Positions 49,542 through 61,172 of a stretch of DNA of 64,000 nt are shown here, in pieces. This DNA comes from Podarcis muralis (lineage: Eukaryota). The stretch covers positions 49,600,001-49,664,000 of the forward strand of contig NC_135661.1 in assembly GCF_964188315.1 (NCBI RefSeq). Direction: 5' to 3'. Positions within the stretch are counted from its first letter, which is position 1. Every line of letters starts with the position of its first letter. The translations under genes were made by a program, and so were the position numbers. The notes beneath the pieces were generated by a model. The model worked only from the letters and a program-made list of their open reading frames with translations. It had not been told where the DNA came from and ran no database searches.

Positions 49542-49846
49542 TGTTGGTGTGTTGGGGTGGGGATGTGGGTGCTGGTACGCTCTGGTGCCACCATAGTGCT
49601 GGTTGGGTATCAGATTTTAGCCTGATTGTGGGTTGTGTTATTAAGGTTGGAGTTGTTTTTCCTTAGTATGGAGTATGAGGATGTTGAAGGTGTGGGTGAT
49701 GGGGAATGTGGTTGAGGTCGTATGGACTGGTGTTGGGGTGGGGATTTCTGTGGGGGTGCGGGGCTGGGGGGGGTGTTGATGGTGTTAACTAAATCTATGT
49801 TTTGGGGGGGAGGGGGAAAAAAAGGGGGGGGGAAATCACCAGTCCT

Positions 49847-51103
49847 TCAGTTTGTGGTTTTTTCCTGGTTGCTTCTTTCAGCCGGGGTTGTTGTTGTTGT
49901 AGGGTTGTCCATCTGCGATGAGTTGGTTTGGTTGATCTTGGTCTGGTTTCTTGTGTCGTATGGTCGGCGGGACGGTTCTGAGCATGATGCTTGCCTGTAT
50001 TGGTTTGTGTTGTTGCGCCGCTTCTGTTGTATCTTTTTCTTCTGTACCATTGTCCAGTTGTTTGCTGTTGTTTCCTCATGGTTGGGGCTGTCGCTTGGTG
50101 GGTTTGTCGGTTTCCATTCCGGCGGGAGGTCGAGTTCAAGGTTCTTTAGTAGTTGCAGGGCCTCGGGTATGTTGGTAGCCATGTGTTGTGTTGTGTTCGT
50201 TGTTACAATGAGGCGGAAGGGGAAGCCCCATCGGTATTTGATCCCTGCTTGTTGGAGACGCTGGGTGCATGGGCGCAGGCTTTTCCTCCGGTTTAGGGTA
50301 TCCTGCGATAGGTCCTGTAAGGCCAGAATGGGGGTTTCTCCATATCGAAGGTTGCTTGAGTTTCTGAGTTGATGCCATATTTCTTCCTTCTTTCGGTAGC
50401 GTGTGAAACATACAATGATGTCTCTTGGGGGGGCGCTGGGTTTTGGCATAGGTTTTAGGGCTCTGTGAGCCCTCTCCAAGTCCTCTGCCTCAAGTTTCAG
50501 GCTTGGGATTGTGTTTTTCAGCCAGCGTATAATTAGGTCCGCTGGGCTTTTCTCCTCTGTTTTTTCAGGAAAGTTGCGGAAGCGGATGTTACAACGTCTA
50601 TTGCGGTCTTCAAGGTCGGCTTGCTTAATTTTCATCTCGTTGTGTTCTGCTTCCATTTGGTTTACCAGTTCGTCCAGTTTCTTGTTCACACGTGCGTTCT
50701 CCTCCCGGTATTGTTCTATTATTCTTTCTTGCATTTGGTTCTTGTTCTCTAGAGCTTCCACTTTGGAGGTTAGATTGTTGATTAGTACCTGCATGGGAGC
50801 CATTGTGGCCTTCAGTGCTTCTTCTAATCGTGCTTCCATTTCCCTCAGATCTCGTTTCGTTATTGGGTGGTCATCATCTTGAAGGGGAGCTACCATCTTA
50901 GCATTGTTTGCCATCTCCCTGGTTGGTGTCATCTCGGTCTCCCTGATGGTTTTGGTTTGAGGTTGGCTTGGCGTCCTCTTGGGGTTGGGCGTGTGATGGT
51001 TAGGAGTTGTGGCAGTGGTGATTCCTGGGTATTGTTGGGTTGCTGAGCTGATCAGGCTTTGTTGGCTGGTGGCTTTTACAGAGCGTTTCGATTAGGTGGT
51101 CAT
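49847..51103 (-). CDS. L1 ORF1 (coiled coil + RRM + CTD); in-frame TAA at codon 4 of the upstream ATG
   Basis: LEDRNRRCNIRFRNFPE, ERAHR, PRDIIV, QDLS...RR, YRWGFPFRL are L1 ORF1p hallmarks. The frame is open from 51091 to 49847. ATG at 51103 is followed by ACC ACC TAA; the next ATG is at 50932. Confidence 0.88.
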
Positions 51104-51926
51104 TTGTGTCACTTCTAGCCTGTGTTTTAAGAACTTCTCTAGGGCTTCTGTAGATGCCTCAGCGGTGCCGCCGAGGCGGGGGGGGGGGGGCAGGTAAGCA
51201 GAGATGGGTAGACTAATGGACAGACAGTTCATATAAAGGGAAGGGGGTTAGCAGGTAGAGATGCAAGAGATTAGAGGGTATATGTTTAATTTTCCTCCAT
51301 TTTTAATTACTTTCCCACAAGCAAAAAATAACAACAATAACCAGGGGGAAATATTATTCTTAAGAAAAACAAATCAAACAAAACCATGCAGTTATTTTTT
51401 GTTCTCCAAATGGGTATATGGAGGAAATTTTTGTTTTAAAAGAGAGTGGTGGTCGTAGCTGGGGGCGAAAGATTCCCCCCTCAGGAGCAGGCGAACAAGA
51501 GCTTTAAAAAGAGAAAGAAAAGAAGAATAATTGTATGGCTCTGCTCTGTCTTTTAAAAAATAATAATAATATGTCCCCCCAACCACCGCCACCACTCTCC
51601 GTCTGCAGAAAAGCAACCAAAAATGTACGGGTAAAAGATAAAAATGAGAATTAAAGGTAAAAAAAAAAAAGGGGGGGTGTCTTTAAATAGAGCTTTTTAT
51701 TTATTTATTTTTTTTTTTAAATGAGTAAAGTATAGGTAAAAGAGGGTAGGTAAAAGAGAGTGGAAAGTCTGGGGCGGAGTGGCAGTCCCAGGAAATGGCC
51801 TGTGATGGTTCAGGGCTGTTTTCTGGATACTGCCATTTTAAATCTTAAACAAACAATCTTTATTACGGTCCAGAGACCAACAAAACATTACAAATCAATA
51901 CAGAATTCATACAGCCTACCCCCAGG

Positions 51927-54100
51927 TTAATCAAGCACTTTGTTTGGAATATAGGGCTCATTTGTTCTTTCAACCACCGATAAAAACTTTGCCACTGCCA
52001 AAGTTCTAGCTTTTGTCCGGTCTTCCAGTAGGAACCTGACATAGTGAGCCTCTGACTTTCCCGGGAAAGGCACCAGCAAGGGTAGTATCAGTTCAGCCCT
52101 GGCCTGCTCATACTTCGCACAATGTAACAAAATATGATTTATGGACTCGATGTCTTGAGCACACGAGCAAAGTCTGTCCTGGTAGGGAACTCCTCTCAAC
52201 CTACCATCCAGCACTGCAGAGGGGAAGACATTCAGTCTGGCCTTGGTGAAAAGGCTTCGATAGTTAGGTACTGTCAGGTTTTTGATGTAAGGTGTTAACT
52301 CAAAGACATACCCATATTGAACTCCTGCTGCCAGTGGACTACAGACTGCGTGTGACCGAGATCGCAAGTCACTGTGTGCATTGTCCCATAATCTTTGCTT
52401 TAAAGCCTTTTGGGCGCCTTCATAGCCCAGGTAATACAGTTGGGGGGGAGACAGACCAATAGAGGTGGCTTTTTTAGCCATGGTTTTCTGCCATTTGCTG
52501 ACAAATTCCTCATTGGTGATATGTTGGTACAGACCCTTCCCTAGATTAAACACTGAAATCCTGAGCCAATGTCTTAGGGCAGCCCACCATGCTCTAGCTG
52601 AAATTGGGCATTCACCAGCTTCCAACAGAAGTACGGAGTTGGGGACGCAGTTAGGTACCTGCAGCAGAGATCGTATAAATTTTGCCTGAAAGCCATCTAG
52701 CTTTGGCAGGTCCCCATTATGCCAGACATTTGCTGCATACAGGAGTTGGGAAACGGGCTTTGCGTTGAAAACCCTTAAGGCTGCTGGAACATATTTGCCG
52801 CCCTTTGTGAAGAAGAATTTATGTATGGCTAGCTTTGTAATCTCCGCCTTTTGAAGGGAGGTTTGCCAATGGTGCTTCCAAGATCTTGTATGATGGAATG
52901 TGAGCCCTAGGTAGCTGAAGTATTTTACCTGTTCGAGGTTATGGCCATCCAGCACCCATTTAGACTGGGAGAATCTTCTTTCGAAGACTAAGATTTTAGA
53001 TTTTTCATAATTAATGGATAAACCATTTCCAGAACAGTAATCAGAAAATTTCCTCAACAGATAATTTAAGCCCGGCCTGGAACGCGAGATGATGGCTGCG
53101 TCATCAGCATACAACAACAAAGGGGTCCTTCTCATTCCTATTTTTGGAATGTGTCCATCTGGGTCCATTAAGTTCTCTTCTAGGTCATTTAGGAATAGGC
53201 AGAACAATGTGGGGGCCAAAATACAACCCTGTCTCACCCCCCTAGTCATCTCGATGCTGTTCGATAGCTGTCCCTGTCGACCGCATCGGACCTGCAGTTT
53301 GGTTCCATTGTACAGGGCTTTTATAAGAAAGAGAAGTCGTTTGTCCTGCAAGATCAGACTCAATTTGGACCATAGCTGGGATCTGGGGATGGAGTCAAAT
53401 GCTGATTTCAGGTCCATAAAGGCCACGAAGAGTTTACCCTGTAGGTGTCTGGTATACTTCTCAGCTAGGAAGGACAGCATTAGACAGTGGTCTGTTGTTG
53501 AATGATTCTCACGGAAAGCTGCCTGGGCTTCAGATAGTATATTATGTTCATTTAGAAAAGTTGTCAATTTGCTACTGAGGAAATGGGCATATAGTTTCCC
53601 AATTATTGAGAGCAGGCTAATAGGCCTATAATTGGAAGGTACATTTGGGTGGCCTCTCTTAAAGATTGGGACTACTATAGCATGTTTCCAGCTATATGGT
53701 ACCTTACCAGAGTTATTTACTACCGTAAAGAGTGCTGCCAGAAGCGGGGCCCACCAGTGCTGGTTTGATGTAATCACCTCAGCTGGGATAAAGTCTTTCC
53801 CCGGAGCCTTTCCGCTCTTCAGCTTCCCAATTAATGTATGGACTTCCTCCACAGTTACCGGCCTCCAATTAGGGAGCAGTGACAATTGTACCCTGTCATC
53901 CTCCTGTGAACTGGAAGGGAGGTTTGGACTTTCCATAAATATATTTCTGAAGTGGTTCTCCCAAACCTGAGCTGGAATGACACAGCTGGGGGCTGAGGAG
54001 CTATTTCTCATTGAGTCGGAGACCAGTTGCCAAAAGAGTTTAGTTTCATTGTTTAGTGAGGCATTCAATAGTAGGGACCAGGAATTTTGTTCGGACTGCC
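51927..54100 (-). CDS. Nested LINE ORF2, RT + C-terminal zinc-finger-like part
   Basis: KAPGKD, YRPISLL, QAAFR, DLKSAFDS, GVRQGCILAP, LLYADD, YLG; C-terminal RLCSC...ESINHILLHC. Joined to the APE part by a frameshift at the T7 run 54101-54107. Confidence 0.9.
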
Positions 54101-55336
54101 TTTTTTTGAGGCCAAAAGGGCTTTGTACTCTTTTTTGATTTTGAAATAAGATTGAGGTAAGTAGCTTAATCCAGCGTTTCTATAGGCCAAATAGGCGTTC
54201 CTTAGGGCTTCCTTCTTTGTGTGGCACTCTTGGTCAAACCAACTGCGCCCTTTCGCAGTGCGTGGCTTGCCGGCTGAGTTTATGTTAACCGAGACCACAT
54301 CCTGCAAGGACTCAATGAGATTTTCGTAGGCTGTCAGGGAGGAGTCTATTGATAAATTGTTTATTATAATTGATCTTAACTTAAATGCAGTTTGTGAATT
54401 CAATCTGTTCTCAACTGCAATTGCTATCTCAGGTGTCCATTTTTTCCTACGCAATGCTGGATCATTTGCTTTGTCTATGTCCTCATGTTCTATGTGAGAG
54501 TGCTGAATTGAATTTTGGCCGGTAATGGAGATGATAAGAGGTAAGTGGTCACTTTCAGTCCTATTATCTATTGTGAATTTTTTAATTGATTCGAAGGCCT
54601 GTCTGTTAGTGAGACAGTAGTCTACTGTGCTGGCCCCATTTGAATTTATGAATGTGTACTCGCCTTCTCTGTCCCCGGGGAATGCCCCATTAGCAATGAT
54701 CAGATCCAGACTTATTTGTAAAAAAGCCAGGCAGAATCCAGCATAGTTAATTTGGCAATCTTTCGAATGTCTACGTGGGGGTGGGTTTAGCAAGAGGGCG
54801 CTATTTTCCTTTAGATCTCTTAATATTGGGAATTTTATTTCCAGGCTATCATCATTTGAGCCTATTCTGGCATTCATATCTCCCATTAGGTAAAATGGTG
54901 AGCCAGGGTACCTAATTTGTAGGGAATAAAGGAAACTATGGATTTTACGCCACGTGCTCTCTATCTGTGTTTGCACTGTATATGGTGGAATATACACTGA
55001 AACAAAAATAATACTCTTGGATTCCATTTGCAAGGTGATCCCCAGTGCCAGCTGCTCGAAAACTGAGCACTCAATAACTTGTGACGTCAATTGAGTGGAA
55101 ACCAGAGTTACTAGGCCCCCCCTCGGTCGTCCCCTTCCAAGCGGTTTAGAGGCCTTGATTTCATAGACGTCGTAACCGTCAAGAGCTATGTTATCAGTTG
55201 CCCAAGTTTCCTGCAGCATTATTATGTCAAAACCCATTATATAATCACGAAATGGCTCGTCCCCAAGTTTGTTAGCCCAACCCGCTATGTTCCATGAGAT
55301 AATGTTAAAGCTGCTCGTTCCATAACTGGCTTGGCT
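54065..55336 (-). CDS. Nested LINE ORF2, APE endonuclease part
   Basis: SWNIAG, LQETW, SVYIPP, GDMNARIG, STVDY, SDHLP. The frame is open from 55336, directly after the ORF1 stop. Confidence 0.9.
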   Translation of the reverse strand, partial: SQASYGTSSFNIISWNIAGWANKLGDEPFRDYIMGFDIIMLQETWATDNIALDGYDVYEIKASKPLGRGRPRGGLVTLVSTQLTSQVIECSVFEQLALGITLQMESKSIIFVSVYIPPYTVQTQIESTWRKIHSFLYSLQIRYPGSPFYLMGDMNARIGSNDDSLEIKFPILRDLKENSALLLNPPPRRHSKDCQINYAGFCLAFLQISLDLIIANGAFPGDREGEYTFINSNGASTVDYCLTNRQAFESIKKFTIDNRTESDHLPLIISITGQNSIQHSHIEHEDIDKANDPALRRKKWTPEIAIAVENRLNSQTAFKLRSIIINNLSIDSSLTAYENLIESLQDVVSVNINSAGKPRTAKGRSWFDQECHTKKEALRNAYLAYRNAGLSYLPQSYFKIKKEYKALLASKKGSPNKIPGPYY

Positions 55337-56644
55337 TCATTGTGGTGGGGAAATTGTTATCAGCTCTCCCACTGGTTCGGTAATGATGCAACCGTTCTTA
55401 GGGTATGCACGGTGTTGTTGTTCTCGGGGTTGATTTGCAGCATTTTCCTGATTTCCTGGCATCGACGGTGTTATTTGGATTGCTGGTGCCATCGGGGGGT
55501 CTTCGTCAAAGATAATTAAATCTGTCTCTGGCTTTCTATGTGTCCCATTTCCCTTGGGAGGGTCGTCACTTGGCATTGGCTGATCAGATTCCAGTTGGGA
55601 TAGAGGGTGGTGAAATTCTGGATCTGCCAAAGGCGTAATGGAGAGTCCTATCTTTGAATTATCTAGCTTGGGCTGGCGTTCTTTGTGTGTTTGACCTTTT
55701 TGGTCTGATGTTATCCTCTCCAAGTGAGTGTTGCAGCTGGGTTCACCGCACATATTCATCTTTGACGGCCCTTCCGAATGAATCATGGCCCTGTGGCGAA
55801 AGCCCTTCGGCAGAGAGGGTGCTGATTGCTTGGAGTTGGTCCGGCTATATGACAAGTTTGGCAGTAGTTGTTTTCGTTCTGTGTCTTTAAAAACACGCCT
55901 CAAAACAATATTATAGTCCTGTAAAATGGCCCTATATTTCAATAGCATTTTAGGGGTAGCTGAGTCAGAAAATGTCAGCGTGAGTCTAGTGTGCTGGGGG
56001 TCCGTGCAAAGCAAGTTTATCGCGATCAGAGTGTTGCAATGGATATTTAGTAAAAGCTTAAAGTTTCTCTTCACACTGTCGATTGATTTCCAGTAAGGCA
56101 GGATACCATTAAAAGGATATATGTCCAGAGCTACTTGAGTACTTTGTAGGATCAGGTCCCTACTTTCGCTTTTGTTGTTTTTAATATTTGTAGTCTCTTG
56201 GTTATCAAGTCTGGGCCGGTTGCACCCCTGTACATGATGGTCTAGAAGGAGGGCAACGCTATGGTCGGTCTCTTTAGTACTGAGTTGGCTATTTTTGGCT
56301 GTCAGGAGCACCAACTCCGCCAGGAGAGACGTTACCTTTTGTAATTTGATGTTAATTTCCTCCACTGTTCTTGCAGTCAGCAGACAGTGGTCCGCGAGTA
56401 TTTCTGCATAGAGCGGTGCCCCCTCAGATGGTAGTTCATGGGATAATTCATGAGCGCTCATCTCAGCATTCTCCCCTGGGCGATCTCCGCCCAATAAAGC
56501 ATCCCCACCTACCTGGGAATGAGTTCTGTTTGGTGTGGTAGGTTCTGAGTTCTGTGCTTTTACAAAATCATCCATTTTGCTCTGCTTTCTCTTCTGTGGG
56601 CTCCCTTCTGGAGATGAGGCCGGTCGTTTCTTTTTCCTAGTCAT
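55337..56644 (-). CDS. Nested LINE ORF1 (435 aa; basic NLS-like N-terminus, no domain recognised)
   Basis: Position upstream of APE, MTRKKKRP start, uninterrupted. Confidence 0.75.
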   Translation of the reverse strand: MTRKKKRPASSPEGSPQKRKQSKMDDFVKAQNSEPTTPNRTHSQVGGDALLGGDRPGENAEMSAHELSHELPSEGAPLYAEILADHCLLTARTVEEINIKLQKVTSLLAELVLLTAKNSQLSTKETDHSVALLLDHHVQGCNRPRLDNQETTNIKNNKSESRDLILQSTQVALDIYPFNGILPYWKSIDSVKRNFKLLLNIHCNTLIAINLLCTDPQHTRLTLTFSDSATPKMLLKYRAILQDYNIVLRRVFKDTERKQLLPNLSYSRTNSKQSAPSLPKGFRHRAMIHSEGPSKMNMCGEPSCNTHLERITSDQKGQTHKERQPKLDNSKIGLSITPLADPEFHHPLSQLESDQPMPSDDPPKGNGTHRKPETDLIIFDEDPPMAPAIQITPSMPGNQENAANQPREQQHRAYPKNGCIITEPVGELITISPPQ

Positions 56645-59600
56645 TTTCCCAGGGATAGAGCCGCTGTAAATCAGAGCAGCTTCTGCTGTAAATCAGGAAG
56701 CTCGGCGTCTACCCACGATAGGGCGTCTAATCTCCACTCCTGCTGGGCTGGAGCTAATTAGGGCTTTCTTGACTTTCTGTAACTCAGGCCCTTGACCTAA
56801 GCTTTGTAAATTAATAGCTGCCAACTAACAAAAATAAAGAACTGAGGCTGATAAAAGCTAATAAAAACTGATAAAAAAGCTAGTAGAAACTGATAAAAAT
56901 AATAAAAACAGCATCAACTGATGCGGAGTTCAAGTCGACGCTACTACTAACGACGACGCCATCTTTATATCCATTTTAAATCTTAAGAGGGGGGTTTGAG
57001 GTGGAAATAAAATGAGGTTTAAATTGAGGATGTGTGTGTGGAAAAGTGTGTCTTTAAATAGTGAGTAGAAAAGATAGAAATAAAAGTAAAGATTCAAATA
57101 AAGGGTGGCTGCAGCAGCAGTGGCCCCTCTTTTAAAAAAAAAGAAAAGTGGTAAAAGTAGGTATATGGGGGGGGAGGGATAAGAAAGATGTATATATATA
57201 TTTTCTTTAAAGGGAGGGAGGGAGGGGGAGGAAGGGGTTAAAAAAAGGGGGTGTTAAAAAAAAAAAAAAAGGGGGGGGGGAGGTTGTTTTTTCTTTTCTG
57301 TGGTCTCCTTTGTTATGCAGCTTCTCTGTGTTCTCCTTGCCGCTGGAGCTCCCGGTAGGGCTCAGCCACGTGCGTTGTTTTTTTTCTTCCCTTCCTCCCC
57401 GAAGCCTATTTTGCCTTCACCGTGCTCACCTACCTCTCCTCTGCTTTCCCGTCGGCAGAGATGGGGGCAGCAACGGTAAATTTGGGGCTCCTTTTTCTTT
57501 CTTTCTTCTTCTTCCTCTCTCTCCCTTTCTTTCTCCCTCTTTGCGTTAGTTCCACTGTCCTCCGGGTTTTGGAGCTCCTCTCGGCTGTTGGGGGGGGGTC
57601 GGGTGCCTTTCCGGCTCAATCAAGGTCGTGGGGGGGTGTTTTGGCTCCTTTGATAGATGCCCGGGCACCCCCAATTCCTCTCCGTTGGCAGTGCTGGCAG
57701 CAGCAGTTCTGGGGGGTCCGGGAATCGGTCACCAGAGCCTTTTACTCTGGCTGGCTTCAGGAGCTCTTTTCTTCTGCTGCTGCCGCCATGCTGCCTCGCC
57801 GGAAGTCCATTGTTGTGCTGTACTGTATGACATCTTCTGCTGGGTCTTATTCAAGAGCTTTAGGGCTCTGGATCCATGACTTCATTTTTGCCCTCCTAAC
57901 AATGCTGTGCATAATGTTCTGCATTATGATGCACTGAGGGGGAAAGTTGTATGTGTAGCTTCAGCCTTCTATCCATGATTCACATGTAAGGACTGACCAA
58001 ACAGTAAAAACCTACCAACTGAAACTACAAATGTGATGATTGTAGTCCTGTGAGTTATTGAGAAATGAATGAACCAGTAGCAAATGCTTTTGAATTTAGG
58101 TCAGCCAGGCCCAGCCCAATCTGGTTCTATCTACTGGCCCACACATTGCCAAACAAAAATTGCTTAATATACTGAATTGTAGGATTGCCTGTGTAAAGGG
58201 TTTGGGGATTTCTGCTTAGTTTATTATGGAGCAGATAGTCATAATTATGTACAATTTAATTAATTGTACTAGCATGGTTTAAACTTGATTTTGATTAATA
58301 TATGTTCCAGTTCCAGTAAGGATATTACAATGGGCCAGAGAGAAAACATATAAAAGCCCTTAGTGTTGTTTCTGTGCAATCATTCTTTCATTTGTGGCTT
58401 GACTGTTATGTCCAGCATGTTTTCTGAAGACAATGACATATTTCAAATATAACACTAAGCTATGATTAAGCGTTACATGCACAAACAGTGGTGAGCCTTG
58501 GGCCACAAGGAGGATACAAGAAACATTCACTTCTGCTTATAACTAAGAGGAGTTTCAGTTTCAGTTAGGAAAACTCTGGCTAAAAAATTTGGCTTGCAGA
58601 AAACCCAGGACCATAAACCATTGTTTGATTGCAGACCAGTCAGGATTATAAACCACAGTTTGATCCTTGTTTATTGAACAAACCATAGTTTGCCATATTA
58701 GAGGAGAGAATACATGAGCCAAAGCTGCTGTTCATGCATATAACTGTAAACATCACTTTAAGCATTAAGTCTGAAAAGGACCCACAGTATATATTAATCT
58801 AATAGGTGTAGTTACTTCCTTCAGCACCCTTTCACTACCTTTAAGTAAACCTAATGCATCTATTGGTCTTCTTGAAATAACTACTGATGCATTATAATTG
58901 GTCAAGGAGGGAGGCTAATGTTTCTTGACCAGGCTATTGACCAGTATGCGTTTGCACATGTTGTTAATAATTTATTCTTGGGGGGGGAATCTATGTGCAT
59001 TATAGTCTTTGATGTCATCATGAATTTCAAAGCCAACCATTTCATTTTCATTTAAAAAAAAATACAAAGAGGGTAGAAAGGAAAATCATTTAAAAACTTT
59101 TTTAAATAAAAAAAGTGGGGAACTTCCAGCTAACACTCATCCATGCTAATGAGACTGTACATTAATACAGGTTTTTTTTTAATCAAGGCAAGCTTACTGT
59201 ACTCTGCAGGTGAAAAGTATTTGAATACAAGACTTAATGCATCTAGTAGATTAAAAGAGAAATTAAAGACTTGAGACTGAGAAGAGATCAAAGGCTGTCT
59301 TTTCATTGTTCTTTTTTATTGTTTATTGACTTCAAAAAGACTTTTTAGTTTAAGCTGACTTTAATATCTCTTGAATGCTCTTTTGTAAAGTGACTTTGAA
59401 AACTCATGGATAATGTCTTCATTAAGTGGAGAAAAATCTTGGTGAAAATATAACTGTAACTTTGCTTTCATTATAGAAGAAAGAGATAACACTTTGCTTA
59501 ATTAAGGTCTGTTTTCCCTCTGTTCTTAATTTTATGAACATTTTTTTAATTCCTGCTGATAACAGCATGAAGTAGTCATACTCAGATTTAAATTGTTATT

Positions 59601-60920
59601 TTCCACAGTCATATAACAATGTGAGGTTTGAGTCTACATTCATTAGTAAGGTTGTGGTCATAAGAATTACTTTAGTGAATTGGTCCAGCTTTTTTTTTTG
59701 TATTGGCCACTTAGATATAAATCCAATTGAAATAATTTTCTTATTTTCTTGTACTAGTCATTGGCCATGAGAAATCTGAATAAAAAATAAATACAAGAAA
59801 AAGGGGTGTCACGCCACAAATCATGGTCTCTGCATCTCCCTTGCAATTCACTGCTATATTGTCCAGGGACATCTTTCTGATCTTTTTGGCCGCCAAAGCA
59901 AAATGAGTCACTGAAAACCAGAGCGCAGTTAGATATAAAATAAAAGCCCGGAAATATTGCAAGACAGCTAACTTTCCTTATTTGTCTCTATCTTGTGTAG
60001 AGGCCTCTGAATATTGAGGTTCTGTGTAACTGTTATGGATGTGAAGCATGAATAGGCATTTGTGGAGCACCTTTTCAATACAAATCTTATCACATTTCAC
60101 CATCCACATGTGTTGAGTTACACATGTAGAGGATGAGCACAGGTTTCCTGGGGTTTATTTCAGAGCTGCAGTGAACCAGTGGGAAAATTACACATATGGG
60201 GGTGGGGTGGGGATTAGCAATAGGCCAAACTGTGGGATAAAGGCATTTGCACTTAATTGCAAAATATAGAGAATATGAGCATTTACACAGACAGCATTTG
60301 GTTTGAACTAGTGGTCAGGTCTAAGAGGAGAAAGAGATAGAAGGAATCTAATGTCAAACGCAATGTGGAAAATGTGTGACAGACATCAGATAGACATGTG
60401 TGAGTCAAATGGGTTAGGGACAGACATTAGAATGCAACTACATGCTGCTGCAGACCTATTCCAAGATGAGGGTGGGGTGGGTGTTCTCCACGAGGCAGCA
60501 ATGAATCAGGTGGTCGTCCTTAGCATTTGGACAACAGTGATTTCTTTGGCTCTGCTTACACCCTGGGTATTTTATAAGATGCTTCTTATGATCAATGAAG
60601 ATTGGCCATTCAGAGTACAATGATAGGGCACTGGAGATGGGCTTGAGCTTTCTTTAGCCCCATATGCCTCAGAACTGACTTTGCAATGGAGTCTTCAATA
60701 GCATGCTTTTAAATTGTTGTAACCTGCTCTGGGTCCATATGGTGACGGCAGGTAAGAAACATTGTAAAAAGGAATAGTAAAGATTGCAAGTTATGTAACT
60801 ATCTTTAGCAACAGTAACTGCCTTTTGGTAGGCTGTTGCTGAATGCCAATACAATGTATCTTTCTGGTTTCAGCTAGGAGTACAAAATTCACCCCCTTCC
60901 TTCATAAGTGATTATATAGT

Positions 60921-61106
60921 CATAAATCGGAAGTGGAACAGAATCCGTTCCAGAAGTCCATTCGACTTCCAAAATATTAGGGAACCAATTGGAAGCCATG
61001 GCAGTTCCAAAGAACATTCAAAACTGGAACAATCACCTCCAGATTTGCGGCATTCGGGAGCCAAAACATTTGTTTCGCAAGGCGTTAGACTTCCGAGATA
61101 CGACTG
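60921..61106. mobile_element. Tc1/mariner-type MITE fragment
   Basis: Ends ...GAGATACGACTG|TA, resembling a Tigger-like TIR; CpG-rich core; left end not identified. Confidence 0.4.
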
Positions 61107-61172
61107 TACTGTAATCTCAACAGTGTTTGAAACCAAGTAATGTTGGAACCTTTCAATTTCTAATGACAGATA

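Larger units (their letters stand above)
51849..56970 (-). mobile_element. Full-length APE-RT LINE, RTEX-like, nested in the L1 5' UTR
   Basis: 16-bp TSD ccattttaaatcttaa at 51833-51848 and 56971-56986. 5' end AAGATGGCG (YY1-like). 3' hairpin GGTC-TCTG-GACC, then AATAAA and a (TTGT) tail. The clade assignment is tentative. Confidence 0.85.
44870..57807 (-). mobile_element. Full-length L1-clade LINE (~7.8 kb net) interrupted by a nested LINE
   Basis: 17-bp TSD cattgttgtgctgtact at 44853-44869 and 57808-57824. Poly(A) tail and AATAAA at the 3' end. 5' end (G)GACTTCCGG...ATGGCGGC. ORF1 and ORF2 as listed below. Confidence 0.93.

Noticed and set aside
57422-57937. 171-aa + strand ORF antisense to the L1 5' UTR (ORF0-like?)
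   Set aside because: Its hydrophobicity comes from CT-rich low complexity, it starts at GTG, and it runs out of the element into flanking DNA.
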